Shown here piece by piece: positions 26,625 through 39,819 of a stretch of 64,000 nucleotides of DNA. The notes beneath the pieces were generated by a model. The model was given only the letters and a program-made list of their open reading frames with translations. It made no database searches and was not told where the DNA came from. Made by a program: the position numbers and the translations under genes. This stretch comes from Eledone cirrhosa (taxonomy: Eukaryota). The stretch spans positions 52,576,001 to 52,640,000 of the forward strand of contig OZ024748.1 in NCBI GenBank assembly GCA_964016885.1, written 5' to 3'. Every line of letters begins with the position of its first letter. The first letter of the stretch is position 1.

Positions 26625-28539
26625 CTGTATGTGTATGTGTGTGTGTTAGGATAAATATTTTTGTTGTTTTAACATACTGATTATATATATAGATATATAT
26701 ATATATAGATAGATATATATTTATATTAACATACATAAATATACACACACATACAGATTATATATAGATATATATATATATATATATATACACGCACACA
26801 CACTCATATATATATATACCCACACACATATATACACGCACATACAGAGTTTTGTGTATGCGTGCAATCTGTTAGGATAAATGTTTTTGTTGTTTTAGCA
26901 TATTGACTATGTATATGTATATAGGTGAGGATGGGGGGTGAGTGAGTGTGTGTGAGAGAAAGTGTGGGTGTGTGTGTATGAATGAATGTGTGTATGTGTA
27001 ATATAATTCCCTTATTATACCCCCCACCTTAACAATATAGATATGTTTATTTTGTGGGATAGTTTGCTACTCTATTTCCTCCTCATTCAATTGCCATACC
27101 AACAACCAGTGGTATTATTTGGCTGGGCATTATGCCTAGGAGACAAAAAAAAACCCAAATACGATAACTGGTTCAGTTCCAGTAGGATGCCTAGTCCTGA
27201 TTTTATTTCTTCCCCCAACTCCACTCCACCAAAAAAAAAACAGAAGAAAAATAGAGAATAAAATACATAAATAAAAGTAAATATTAAAAAAGAAAAAGTA
27301 AATATTAAAAAAGAAAACAAAAGAAAACAAAAGAAAACAAAAGAAAACAAAAGAAAACAATGCACGATTTTTCTCAAGGTTTCCTGAAACAGCATAAAAA
27401 TTATTTGATCCTCAGCTTTGTAGAATTATTTTCACAAAAGCAAAACTATTTGTGATTTATTATTGATAAAAATACATTTGAGTCAGACTTCTGTGATCAA
27501 TGTTATTGAGCCAAGAAATAATGTATTTGATTGCATACAATTGCATGTACGATGTATATAATTATGATATATATGGACATACAATAAAGATATATAAGAT
27601 GGATATATAACATACATGCACACATTGCAGTCCAACCTGTCAAATGGTTGTTTTGGTGTCAAGATAAAATCTACCCAGTCGCCATTGTAAATGCAGTTGG
27701 CACTAAGAAGGGCATCCAGCCATTGAAAACAAGCTAGAAATAGTTTTCTATGAGCAAGACATGGTCTTGTCTCCCGAAGAGTTTGTGCTTCTCTTACGTT
27801 TTCTAAACACAACACCTTTAACACTTTTAATTCATATATATTTATTTGCTTTGGCCTCCATTCTATCCGCCCTATCTTGCTTGTTATTAATTCTGGTTTT
27901 GTACTTAAGTTCTTCCATTTTGGATTAACTCTTTTCCTTCCTCCTTTCTCTCCCTTTCTCTCTCTTTCTCCCACTCACTTATTCCCTCTCTCTTACTCTC
28001 TCTCCCACTCATTCTTTCTCTCTTACGATCTATCTCCTTTCTCTTCCCTCTCTCTCTCTGCTCCCTTACCACTTCCCCCTCCCCTCTCATTTCCGTTTTC
28101 CTTTGTCTCTCTCTTTGCGTTTGTTCTCACTAAGATCAGATGTTTTACTCTTCGCTCTCTCCCGTGCTGTTAATATGGATTCACGGCTTATGCTCAGTCT
28201 TCTTTTTAACTTCTCCCTCTCTCCCATTGGTTACTGCATCTTCCATGTACTGCTGTCTCGTGTTTCTCCCTCTCTATTGGTATGTTTTTCTTCTGTTTAT
28301 TTTCTTTTTCTGTCCTTCTCTTTGTTATTGTCTCTTTTTTTTTTTTTTTTTCCCTTCCCTAATAACTATTCCTCGTAGTTATTAACGCACTGTGGTGAGA
28401 TGTACTGTCTTTTATGCTTCGAAACATCAGCAACACACAGCAGACAGCGAAGAGCGGGAATTGTCCTTATGTTTGTGTTTCTCTTACGTTTTCTAAACAA
28501 TATTTATTAGTAACCACACGGCGCCTTTGTCACTTTTAA

Positions 28540-28599
<60 letters not shown>

Positions 28600-29208
28600 A
28601 AACGTTTAATATTTTACAGATAGAATTGGTTGAAACAGAACTATAGACTGAAATAAAAACCAACTTAAACTCAACATTGTAACTAAGAAAAACACATTAA
28701 TTATCAGGGATTTCTATTGATTATAGCAATAAACTTTACTAATATTTGGTGCTTATTGAGAGTAAGATGGATTGAGTCAATAAAGAGTTAAGCATCTAAG
28801 CTATGAATACCATGCACTGTGACTTTTGGAATATATGCCATCAATCCTTTAGCTGCTAATTTCACATCCTACTGACTTGGCATGCTATAGATTTTTCTGA
28901 CAATCATAGATAATAAAATACCAAGCAATGATATACTGAAATCAAGTCAAGTGAAAATACTGCATTCTTAAATTATAAAAAAGACCATATATCTGATAAA
29001 GAAATCAATTTTAAGTAAGTACATTTTTGGAAATTGTTAAAGTTTATTTAAGAATATAGTGCTGAACTTTTGTGGATTTCTAATTACAAGACTTTATTGT
29101 TATCTTTAAGGAGACAGTTTTGCCAATATTTAAAAGAATATATATGAAAGTAAACTACTTTCATAAAAAGACTATTCTATAATATTCTGTTTAAGTAGAC
29201 TGCTCACA

Positions 29209-29722
29209 AGGGTCAGCTGAAAAGTTCATAGGTTGACCAAAATACTCTCATGGAATGACCAAACAAGGTTTATTTTTCAATCTAGTCCCTAGAAGGTGTG
29301 TAGCTTAGTGGTTAGAGCATTTAGCTCACAATCATAAGATTGTGAGTTTGAATCCTGAACCGAGCAGTGCATTGTGTTCTTGAGCAAGACACTTTATTTC
29401 ATGTTGCTCCAGTTCACTCAGCTGTAGAAATGAGTTACAATGTTACTGGTGCCAAGCTGTATCAGCCATTGCCTTCCCCTTGAACAATATTGGTGGCATG
29501 GAGAGGGGAGACTGGCATGCATGGGGGACTGCTGGTCTTCCACAAATAACCTTGCCCAGACTTGTGCCTCAGAGAGGAACTTTCTATGTGCGAAATCATG
29601 ACTATTTCTGACTATGAAGTCTCTAGAAAGAAACAAAGTAGTTATTAATAAGAAGAGTTAAAATTAATGCATGCAAGATTTCACAGCTCTAGCATCACTC
29701 CTTCATGGTCAGCCTATACTTT
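29209..29722 (+). mobile_element. Mariner-type MITE interrupted by a CORE-like SINE (~29292-29620)
   Basis: The flanks rejoin to match 6703-6893. agtc(c/t)ctagaa is duplicated at both SINE ends. Confidence 0.75.
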
Positions 29723-30544
29723 TATGTTAGATGCATCAAACTGAGATCAATAAGCTTTTCTCAGAACGTAGCACTGTCTATTTTAAGATTTATATATATA
29801 TAAAAAAATATCATTTGCCAAATTCTTCAGGTAAATTTAATCATTTTCACACTCACCTTCATTGTCCTTTAATTGTTATTTATCAATGGTTTGATTTCAT
29901 TCCCATCAACTGTCAAGTATTTCATCCAGTCATTCACCTACTTTTATCCATCTGTTACACTACATATTCATCTACCTGCTCTCAGCTTTAGTGAACCCTG
30001 ACTGTTTTGTCAAGTCCCTTCTGTCTTTTGCTTGATACACAGAAAGAATTCTGCTCCGTTGGCAGCATATAACTGATTAAGGTCAACTAATTTCACCTTT
30101 CCGATGCTTATTAGATCAAGACTTGTTTGAATATCTTCTCTGTGGCTTTCAAACATACGCTCCATTATCTTGAAAAGTCCATGAATGTAACTAAAGGTCT
30201 TGACTTTTAATCACAAATATTTGTGTTAAATTCCTAAAACGACCAATTTAAATGATAAGAATATAATCTGAAATCCAGAATCAATACAAATAGGCCATCA
30301 TTCTCAGCATGAATTAAAATGTCAGAGCTGTGAAGAAAAGTGTAAATAGCTATAAACAATCAGACAATGTGTTTAACATTTTAAAATTCCAGATTTCCAG
30401 GTAAAGTTACTACTTCTCCGGATTGAGAGATCACAGCTCCAATATGGGGTTAGAAAGTTTCAAACTTCACCAGGTTTACAATGTCCATGATATGCTGTGT
30501 ATCAGGGAGGTATGTAGTCGCCCCCAGCTTTTTATATTCTTATA

Positions 30545-31248
30545 TCATGTATGTATGTATGGTCCTGTAACTCCTGATAGAGTCATAAGGATGTTGTATA
30601 GTCATACAGCATTTCTTGGGCATTTTAGACCTGGCAGAGCCCACCCTTCTCCAGGCCTGAGTACAACAGAGAAAGATAGAAATTGAGAGAGAGGAAATGC
30701 GAAAGAGATATAGAAGAAGAATCGACGCCAGTACTAGACTGGTATTTTTTTTATTGTCACTAGGCACCTCTTAATCAAATATACACCCCCTCCCATTGCC
30801 CAAACTCCCCCTATCCCCATCAACACCACCCCTTTCTCTGTAAAGTTATGTTGGTGCCACAACATCCAGTCCTAAATAAATGAAGTCGTGTAGGTGTCAC
30901 GGCAAAAAAAAAACACACAGTCCACGCTGTAATGGGGCCGTGTAGGTAACACGGTAAAAAACCTCCCAGTCCCACACTGTAAACGTGGTTAGCGTTAGGA
31001 AGGGCATCCAGCCATAGAAAACCCCCGCCAGACAGTCCCATACGAGCGAGACGACCAATCTTGCCTCAAGTGGGACAATTCTCGTCTAAACCCATGCTAG
31101 TGTGGAAGATGGATGTTAAACGATGATGATGATGATGACCTCGAAAGGATGAAAGGCAAAGTTGACCTCAGCGGGATTTGAACTTAGAGAGTCAGAACAA
31201 ATAACATAAAGCATTCTATCCGACATTCTAACTACTCTGCCAATTCAC
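30545..31248 (-). mobile_element. SINE family D (B-type head, (CATA)n tail) interrupted by a + strand family C SINE (30855-31138)
   Basis: 30545-30750 and 31137-31248 together match the reverse complement of 40914-41231. Confidence 0.7.
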
Positions 31249-31534
31249 ATATTGTCTATGCTCGCACTTAAATCTCTGCTAAGCATCTAAATCATCTTAG
31301 TCTCTCAAGTAAATATTTTATCTATCCCAAAAGCAAGTCTACCAAGTCTACAACTCAGAATCAAGTTGCAATTTGCTGCATTAATTTTAATTTTCAGAAT
31401 TACAATTTATTTTATATTTTAATTTTGTATTATTTTAGAAGCAATGCTGGGAAGAATGTTTTTAGTTTCTAAAATCAAATTATTTTGCTGCCCAATTAAA
31501 TTATCTCACAACCATGAAGGAAGCATACATACCA

Positions 31535-31950
31535 CCCCTTTTTCTCTCTCTCTCTCCTCTTTCTCCTCTTTCTCTCTCCCCCTCTCTCTAACTTCTCTCC
31601 CTCACTCCCCCTTTCTTGCCCTCTCTCTCACTACTCTCCTCTTTCTCTCCCCTCTCTCTTACCCCGCTCTCTCTCGCCCCGCTCTCTCTCTCTCTCTCTC
31701 TGTTTACCCCCTCTCTCTTTGTCTAGCCCTCTATCTCGCCCCGCTCTCTCTCTCTCTGTTTACTCCCTCTTTCTACCTTAACCCATTCTCTCTCTTCCAC
31801 TCACTACTCTCCTCTTTCTCTCCCCCCTCTCTCTCTTCTCTCACTCCCTCTTTCTTGCCCTCTCTCTTTGTCTAGCCCTCCCTCTACCTTACACCATTCT
31901 CTCTTCCTCTCACTACCACCCATCTCCCCCCCCCACTTCTCCTCCCCCTT
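31535..31950. repeat. CT-rich low-complexity polypyrimidine tract
   Basis: Direct reading. Confidence 0.9.
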
Positions 31951-32019
31951 ATTTAAAACCACCCATTTGAAAGTTTATATTGCCCAATGTAAAAAGAAAA
32001 TGATTAAATATCTATACCA

Positions 32020-32021
32020 GA

Positions 32022-32056
<35 letters not shown>

Positions 32057-32597
32057 TCTATGTGCATTTGTGTATATGTGAGTATGTGTGATTGTTTGTG
32101 TATGTGTATGTCTGTGTGTTTATGTGTATGTGTGAATGTTCGTTTAGTTATTTATGTATGTGTGAGTATGTGTCAATGTTCATCTATCTATATATGTGTT
32201 TATGTGTTTATGTGTATATTCATGTATGTGTGAGTATGTATCAATGTTTATCTATCTATATGTGTTTATGTGTTTATGTGTATATGTATGTATGAGTATG
32301 TGTCAATGTTTATCTATCTATATATGTGTTTATGTGTTTGTGTCAATGTTTATGTGTTTATGTGTATATTCATGTATGTGTGAGTATGTATCAATGTTTA
32401 TCTATCTATATGTGTTTATGTGTTTTTGTGTGAGTATGTGTAAATATTCATCTATTCATTCATGTATGAATATGTGTATATGTATATGTGTGTGTATGTG
32501 TGGATGTTCATCTATTTATTCTTGTATGAATATGTGTTTATGTGTATGTGTGTATGTATGAGCATGTGTGAATGTTTATCTAGTTATTCATATATGA

Positions 32598-32637
<40 letters not shown>

Positions 32638-34000
32638 GTGTATGTGTGTGTGTATGTATGTGTGTGTGTGCGTGTATATATCTACGTGTGTGTATATGTA
32701 TGTGTGTATGTGCGTTGTATCTACGTGTGTGTGTGTGTATGTATATGTATGTGTGTATGTGTGTGTATGTATGTGTGTGTGAGTATCTCCATGGGTGTAT
32801 GTATATGTATGTGTGTGTGTTGTATGTATCTACGTGTGTGTGTGTATGCCTATATATGTGTATGTGTGTGTGTATGTATCTACGTGTGTATATGTATGTG
32901 TGTATGTGTGTTGTATATACGTGTGTGTGTGTGTATGTATATGTATGTGTGTATGTGTGTGTATGTATGTGTGTGTGAGTATCTCCATGGGTGTATGTAT
33001 ATGTATGTGTGTGTGTTGTATGTATCTACGTGTGTGTGTGTATGCCTATATATGTGTATGTGTGTGTGTATGTATCTACGTGTGTATATGTATGTGTGTA
33101 TGTGTGTTGTATATACGTGTGTGTGTGTGTATGTATATGTATGTGTGTATGTGTGTGTGTTGTATCTACGTGCGTTTGTGTGTGTGTATATGTATGTGTG
33201 TATGTGTGTGTGTTGTATCTACATGTGTGTGTGTGTGTATGCCTATGCATGTGTGCATGTGTGTGTGTGTTGTATCTACATGTGTGTGTGTGTATGCCTA
33301 TGTATGTATGTATCTACGCATGTGTGTGTATGCCTATGTATGTGTGTATGTGTATGTATGTATGTATCTACGCATGTGTGTGTATGCCTATGTATGTGTA
33401 TGTGTGTGTATGTATATATATGTGTGTGTGTGTATGTATATGTATGTGTGTATGTGTATCTGCGTGTGTGTGTGTGTATGTATATGTATGTGTGTATGTG
33501 TGTGTGTGTGTGTCCATACATTTATTTACTTAAATTACTTGATAGGTTGTTAAACATAATTGCTTCCCCCTACACCACCCACTCTCCTACTTGCTATGTA
33601 TTTATTTGTGTATGTGTGTATGTGTATGCATGTGTGTGTGTGTGCTAGTGTATGTGAATGTGATTGCATGTATGTGTATATGGAGGTATGTATGTGTATA
33701 TGGAGGTATGTATATGTAGGTAGATGTGTGTGTGCTAGTGTATGTGAATGTGATTGCATGTATGTGTATATGGAGGTATGTATGTGTATATGGAAGTATG
33801 TGTGTGTTTATGTGCTAGTGTATGTGAATGTGATTGCATGTATGTGTATATGGAGGTATGTATGTGTATATGGAAGTATGTGTGTGTTTATGTGCTAGTG
33901 TATGTGAATGTGATTGCATGTATGTGTATATGGAAGTAGATGTGTGTATGTGTGTCTGTGTGCTAGTGTATGTGATTGCATGTATGTGTATATGGAGGTA
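32020..34000. repeat. Degenerate (GT/GTAT)n region with a ~196-bp duplication (32779/32975) and an ~80-bp minisatellite (33641-33995)
   Basis: gtgagtatctccatgggtg occurs twice. tgtgctagtgtatgtgaatgtgattgc occurs at 33641, 33731, 33811 and 33891. Confidence 0.9.
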
Positions 34001-35790
34001 AGTGTATAAACGAAGTTGTAGAGATTTACAAGATTTCAATACATGTAAAAGTGTTGTAACTGTAGACTTGTACACTTCTATATCACTGCATTTGTTGATT
34101 AATTCAATGATTTGTTTTAAGTTTTAATTACATAGAAAACTAACGATGTTTCATCGAGCTCAATGAATTCTCTCCAACAAACATTTGTTTATTTAAAATC
34201 AAAAACTAATGAAATAAATAATTTCTAAAAAAACTAAAACATTTATTAATTTGTTTCTTTATTTTAAGAGTGATTACAAAATTGTTTACAAAAATTTCAT
34301 TATATTCATTTATAAATGTTTACTTCTAGATCAAGATTGATAATTTGTCATGTCATCCTACTTCAGTTGAGTGTGTATGTATGTGTATCTTTGTGTCTGT
34401 GTGTTGTGTATGTAGGTAGGTATGTATGTATGCATGTGTCTGTATATATGCACATGTCTATGTGAGAGCATTCTTTTAATTAATATACCACAGGCCTCTA
34501 GCAACTTTCCAGCAGTTTCTCCTTATCTTTATCTTTCCCACTATCACTACTATCAATACCTCTGTTGAACCCTACCACACCACACCACAGCCTACCATGC
34601 TACACCCTACCATACCATACCATTCCATACCATACCATACCACACTTCATTCAGTTACTCACTAAATCTACTTGCTGACATAGCGTGAAGACCAATTCCT
34701 GTTTTCGTTTTGATCTCTTGAAGGGAGGAGAGTCTGGAAGAAAAACCAGATACTTTAGCTAGGCTGGATTAAACGGCAACACACTATACAGTTCTGCCCC
34801 CCTACCTCCTTCTCCAACTCTATCAAATTAATAAATCTCAAGACAGGAAAGAAAGCTTCACAAACGTAGTCTGCAGAACATTTTGTGGATTAGAATAATA
34901 CTTGCAGATAATCTCTTTGTGACGCTCTCCTGTAGAAATCTGACACCGATCATTACCATTGGCATTATTTCCAGATAGAAATCAAGCTTCAGTTAATTCC
35001 ACTGCCCAAAAGTGCCAGTTCCAGAGAACTAAATACTCATATGAAATTCAGTAAGCCTTCATCAAATTCCATGCAATATTTCAATGAATGCAGGATCACA
35101 GGATACTTACAACAATAACAGAATTACTAACATACTGGACTTTGTAACAAATAATAGATACATACATTTACTTTGATTATTTCCAATTATATATTATATT
35201 ATATTTATATTTTTCTGTTTTCTTTCTTTCTATAATTTTGTCACAGTAGAAGGCTAATTTAATGGTCATTGATTGGGTCTGGTGAGTGTAATGAGTAATA
35301 AACAGACAGAATTGTGACACTAACTGCTGCCATGTTAGAGACCTATGGCAGAGTGGTGGAGGCAGTTTGAAGTCTTGCTTTCAAATCTGTTCTTTATTAA
35401 CTAAAATATAAAGCATAGAAATATTCTAATTGATATATAACACATATTTCATTTAGATCTATTTCTCCAACATTTCATATGCAATACAGTGATTACCAAT
35501 AAGGAATGTACCTCCCCACCATGGATAATAAACAAATCAATCACAAATATTCTCTAAAAGTAAAATACTACTTTAAAAAAGAAATTAATATAAAACTAAA
35601 GAATATTCATAATTGCTATCATTTTTGTAGAGCTTTTAACAGGGCTGGACTTACCGATAAGCTAAATAAGCTATAGCTTAGGGGGACACACCCATGGTGG
35701 GCCACATTTGTTAAAAATAGGTTTTTATTTTTTCATTAGATTTTATTCTTTAACACTAAATCATCAAAAATTATATATATATATATATAT

Positions 35791-36129
35791 CATCATCATC
35801 AACATTTCATTTTAAATCCGCTTTTCCCCGCTTGCAAGGGTGGGATGGGAACTGATTCTGGCTTGATTTCTACAGCTGGATGCCCTTCCTAACACCAACC
35901 TTATTTACAGTGTGGGCTGGGTGCTTTTTTGCTGTGGCACCTCCATGACCACTTTGCAGTGGAATGATAGGGACCCCAGTCCTATCATCTCATTTCTACA
36001 GCTGAGTAAACTGGTGCAATGCAAAATAAGGTGTCTTGCTCAAGGAAACAACACATCACCCAGTCTGAGAATTGAACTCAACTTTTCGATTGCAAGGCCA
36101 ATGCTCTAACCATTAAGCCATGTGCCTCC
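35791..36129 (-). mobile_element. SINE family A, full length
   Basis: Reverse complement of 38759-39094. Confidence 0.9.
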
Positions 36130-36142
36130 ATATATATATATA

Positions 36143-36314
36143 TTGTTTCCTTGATCAAGATACTTTATTTCACATTGCTCCAGTTTACTCAGCTGTAGAA
36201 ATGAGATGATAGGGACTGGGGTCCCTATCATTACACTGCAAAGTGGCCGTGTAGGCCCCACAGAAAAAAAGCACCCAGCACTCACTGTAAATGAGGTTGG
36301 TGTTAGGAAGGACA
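36143..36314 (+). mobile_element. SINE family A, internal fragment
   Basis: ttgtttccttgatcaagatac...gttaggaaggacat. Confidence 0.85.
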
Positions 36315-36654
36315 TTACTCAACAGGGTACTCAATACTAGGGAGTCTCGACTCTTTATGATATATATACATATGTGTGTGTGTGTGTGTAAATAAAATGA
36401 TTATTTACTACTATATTACAAATATATCATAAACCCTTCACCTGCTGAGACCCTAAGCTATGTGAAATTTGAGGCCCTTCTCTAAAAAATTATGATTAAT
36501 ATCTTTTTTATGTTAATGTTAATGATAAAGAATGAATTTTATTTGTATGTATGTATGTATGTATGTATGTATGTATGTATGTATGTATGTATGTATGTAT
36601 GTATGTATGTATGTATGTGTGTATGTATGTATGTATGTATGTATGTATGTATGT

Positions 36655-36930
36655 GGAGGCACCTGGCCCAGTGGTAAGGGTGTTGGATTTACGATCATAA
36701 TGTTGTGGGTTCGAATCCTAGGTTGCGTGTTGTGTTCTTGAGCAAAACACTTCATTTCACGTTGCACGAGTATACTGATCTGAAAATGAGTACCAGCTGG
36801 GTGTTTAACTCTGCAATGGACTGGCGCCCTGTCCAGGTGGGAGTCTTGAACTCTCAGTTGCTTCACACCATGAAACCATGAAACCAGGATAAGCACCGGC
36901 CAAATGAGCCTTCTGGCTTAAGACAGACTT
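36655..36930 (+). mobile_element. tRNA-derived CORE-like SINE (separate family)
   Basis: A-box-like tggcccagtgg, B-box ggttcgaatcc, then cttgagcaaaacac core. Reverse copy at 50645-50862. Confidence 0.8.
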
Positions 36931-37021
36931 TAAACTTTCTTCCCCTTAAACCCCCCCCCCCCCCTCCCTTTAATGTCTCTCCCCTCACACCCTTGGAAAT
37001 CTTTTCCTTTCCACTTTTCTC

Positions 37022-37049
37022 CTGATGAAGGGCTTATGACCGAAACGTC
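37022..37049 (+). ncRNA. Minimal Penelope-type hammerhead core
   Basis: CTGATGA agggcttatgacc GAAA CG TC after a pyrimidine tract. Stem III is the palindrome acgt. Stem I is not convincingly paired. Confidence 0.6.
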
Positions 37050-37136
37050 GTCCCCCACCCCACACTCTCAATCGTGAACCTAATACTAACAATGTTTGTA
37101 CTGCACTCTTTGTTATTGTTTTTATTTTTTGTTTTA

Positions 37137-37170
<34 letters not shown>

Positions 37171-37177
37171 GTATTGC

Positions 37178-37243
37178 CTTGTCTGACGAACGAATGAGGA
37201 CGTTTCTTGTATTCGTCTTATTCGGGAAACCTCTGGTAATGAG
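37178..37243 (+). ncRNA. Type I hammerhead ribozyme
   Basis: cttgt CTGACGA a-cgaatgaggacg/cgtcttattcg-g GAAA cc-tct-gG TA atgag. The first stem II pair is mismatched. It lies in an insert at 37171-37330 bounded by (TA)n. Confidence 0.7.
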
Positions 37244-37997
37244 TATACATTAAATTTAGCTCTGTAACTTACACAGAGCACTCTTCACTCCTATGACTTT
37301 TTCAATTTTCAACGGAAACTTCAATACATGTATATATATATATCTATATATGTATGTATATATGCTTATATATATGTGTGTATGTGTGTGTGTGTTATTC
37401 ATTAATATTCACATTAATATAATAAACATACTGTTTCAGAGAAGGACCTCAAATTTCCTATAGCTTAGAGCCTCAGTAGAGGAAGGTCCAACCCTGGTTG
37501 TTAACAGGTTTAGTGATATAATATCTGTAATCTAGTAGCAAAATAATTATCATTAAGTTAATTATGCATATAATATAATCTTGATTATTACTCCAAATTT
37601 GAACACCAACACATGAAAAATTGACAATTTATATTATATGCTTTAGATCTTAGGATTTGTTATTGTTTAAAATATTTAATAACTAAATGATTTATTAGAG
37701 TATCATGCTGTCATTTTTCACAAATATAATTTACAGGTTTGAGATTTCATGTGATTCATCTTGATTTAAAAATGAACACATACCACCAAGAGCTCTTTCA
37801 CCATACTACTGACAGATACTACAGTTTGATTCATATATTCATAAATATGGATATATATATACATATATATATATGTGAGTGTGTGTGTGTAAATATATAT
37901 ATGTATATATATAAATATATATGTATATATAAACATACATAATTTTATATATACGTATATATAGATACTTATATATATATATATTTCAGAGCTCCAA

Positions 37998-38038
<41 letters not shown>

Positions 38039-38758
38039 ATACTTATATATATATATAAATACTTATATATATATATATATAAATATATATATATATAGAT
38101 ACTTATATATATAAATACTTATATATATATATATAAATACTTACATGTATATATATAAATACTTACATATATGTATATATACATATAAATACTTACATAT
38201 TACATACATATAAATACTTAGATTTATACATATATATATAAATAATTACATATATACATATATAAATACTTACACACACACACATATATATATATATACA
38301 CACATACATATATACATATATATAAATACATACATACACACATAAATACATACATACACATAAATACACACATACACACACATATATATATACATATATA
38401 CGCACACATACATATATACATATATATAAATACATACATACACATATATATATATAATCATATCAAAATTAAGTGGAATAAATAGCATTCCCTCTTATAT
38501 TAGGGTGTCTATTGTATAAACACACATCCCACAGCAAGTAATTCATTGAATCAGCATAATAACTATAATTCTTCTTGTCTCAGTTAACCTAAGTGTACAA
38601 TATCTAGTGTGTTACTACTCCAGCTAACAATCTGTTTCTTAACCACAGGCCACAGAATTTGAGTTAAACCTTTCATGACTGCATTTCTAATGAAATACAC
38701 TCTATTTTAATTAATTAATGAAGAATTTCAAGTGATTTACTAAAATCATTAATTATAT

Positions 38759-39094
38759 GGAGGCACATGGCTTAGTGGTTAGAGCATTGGCCTTGCAATT
38801 GAAAGGTTGTGAGTTCAATTCTCAGACCGGGTGATGTGTTGTTTCCTTGAGCAAGACACTTTATTTCACATTGCTCCAGTTTACTCAGCTGTAGAAATGA
38901 GATGATAGGGACTGAGGTCCTTATCATTCCACTGTAAAGTGGTCGTGGAGGTGCTACGGCAAAAAAGCACCCAGCACTCACTGTAAATGAGGTTGGTGTT
39001 AGGAAGGGCATCCAGCTGTAGAAATCAAGCCAGCATCAGTTCCCGTCCTACCCTTGCAAGCAGGGAAAAAGCGGACGTAAAATGAAATGATGAT
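38759..39094 (+). mobile_element. SINE family A, full length (tRNA head + CORE-like + V-like + (ATG)n tail)
   Basis: A box tggcttagtgg, B box gagttcaattc, ccttgagcaagacact core, ttaggaagggcatccagctgtagaaa, tail atgaaatgatgat. Confidence 0.92.
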
Positions 39095-39115
39095 TTCATG
39101 ACTAAGTGAGTATCT

Positions 39116-39577
39116 TAACACAAGCATGTACATTACTCTATATTTACTATTGCATATTCATGATGAAGGCTTTACCTCACATAATTATCTCACATAATCT
39201 TGAATCTTTGAGATTTTGTTATTATTTATTTTGAGAACAATACCTTAACATCAGTATGAGTGGCCAGTTACAGCCAGTTTGAACTGAAAGAGGTCAGAGA
39301 ATTCTGGCTGGATATGGCCAGTTTATATTCTGAAGGGTTAATGTAAGGTTCTTATATAAAATTATGTTAGAAGAATTTAATTTAAACCAACTCTTTCTCT
39401 CACCTCTTTCTGTTCAAGCCAGCCATAAATGGCAGCTCATACTGATGTTAAGGAATTGTTCTCAAAATGAATAACATCCAAATCTTGTAGATTCGATATC
39501 ATGCGAAATAATTATATAAGATAAAACACTTACCACAAAGATACAATAGTACATATAGAGTAATGCTAAAGGGTTAA
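39116..39577. mobile_element. Two TTAA-MITE copies in inverted orientation (39116-39341, 39382-39577)
   Basis: Both end in aagggttaa and match 3739-3942 and 2113-2339 respectively. Confidence 0.75.
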
Positions 39578-39819
39578 ACTGAAAAACTTTGAAATGGGTG
39601 GTTTTATTTCATAGACCAGAGCTGGTTTCGGTCAGGTTGGTAAGAAAAGTGTTAAGAATAAACATTTAATATAGACATAACAACCTCTGTTGTGCTGGTG
39701 GGTGCACCCGGTAGAATGTAAGGCTGTATGTAAATGGGATATATGTACCCCTCCACTTCTCAGTGCCTTGTCTATGAAGAGCCACCCAACCCTTGCTAGA
39801 AGGGAAAGTGGATGTCAAA

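Larger units (their letters stand above)
35640..37496 (+). mobile_element. hAT-like MITE ends enclosing nested SINEs and hammerhead inserts
   Basis: Ends are cagggctggactt / aggtccaaccctg. The flanking 8-mers gcttttaa / gttgttaa match 6/8, a possible TSD. Confidence 0.55.

Noticed and set aside
30011-30200. Short minus-strand open frame (IMERMFESHREDIQTSLDL...)
   Set aside because: No recognisable homology, weak splice signals, and a length compatible with chance.
38759-38830. Possible tRNA genes at SINE heads (also 36655, 58233, 63462)
   Set aside because: They have A and B boxes but run directly into SINE bodies without a complete acceptor stem.
38772-39011. Recurring MPFLTPTSF... ORFs that look like a gene family
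   Set aside because: They are antisense translations of SINE families A and C.
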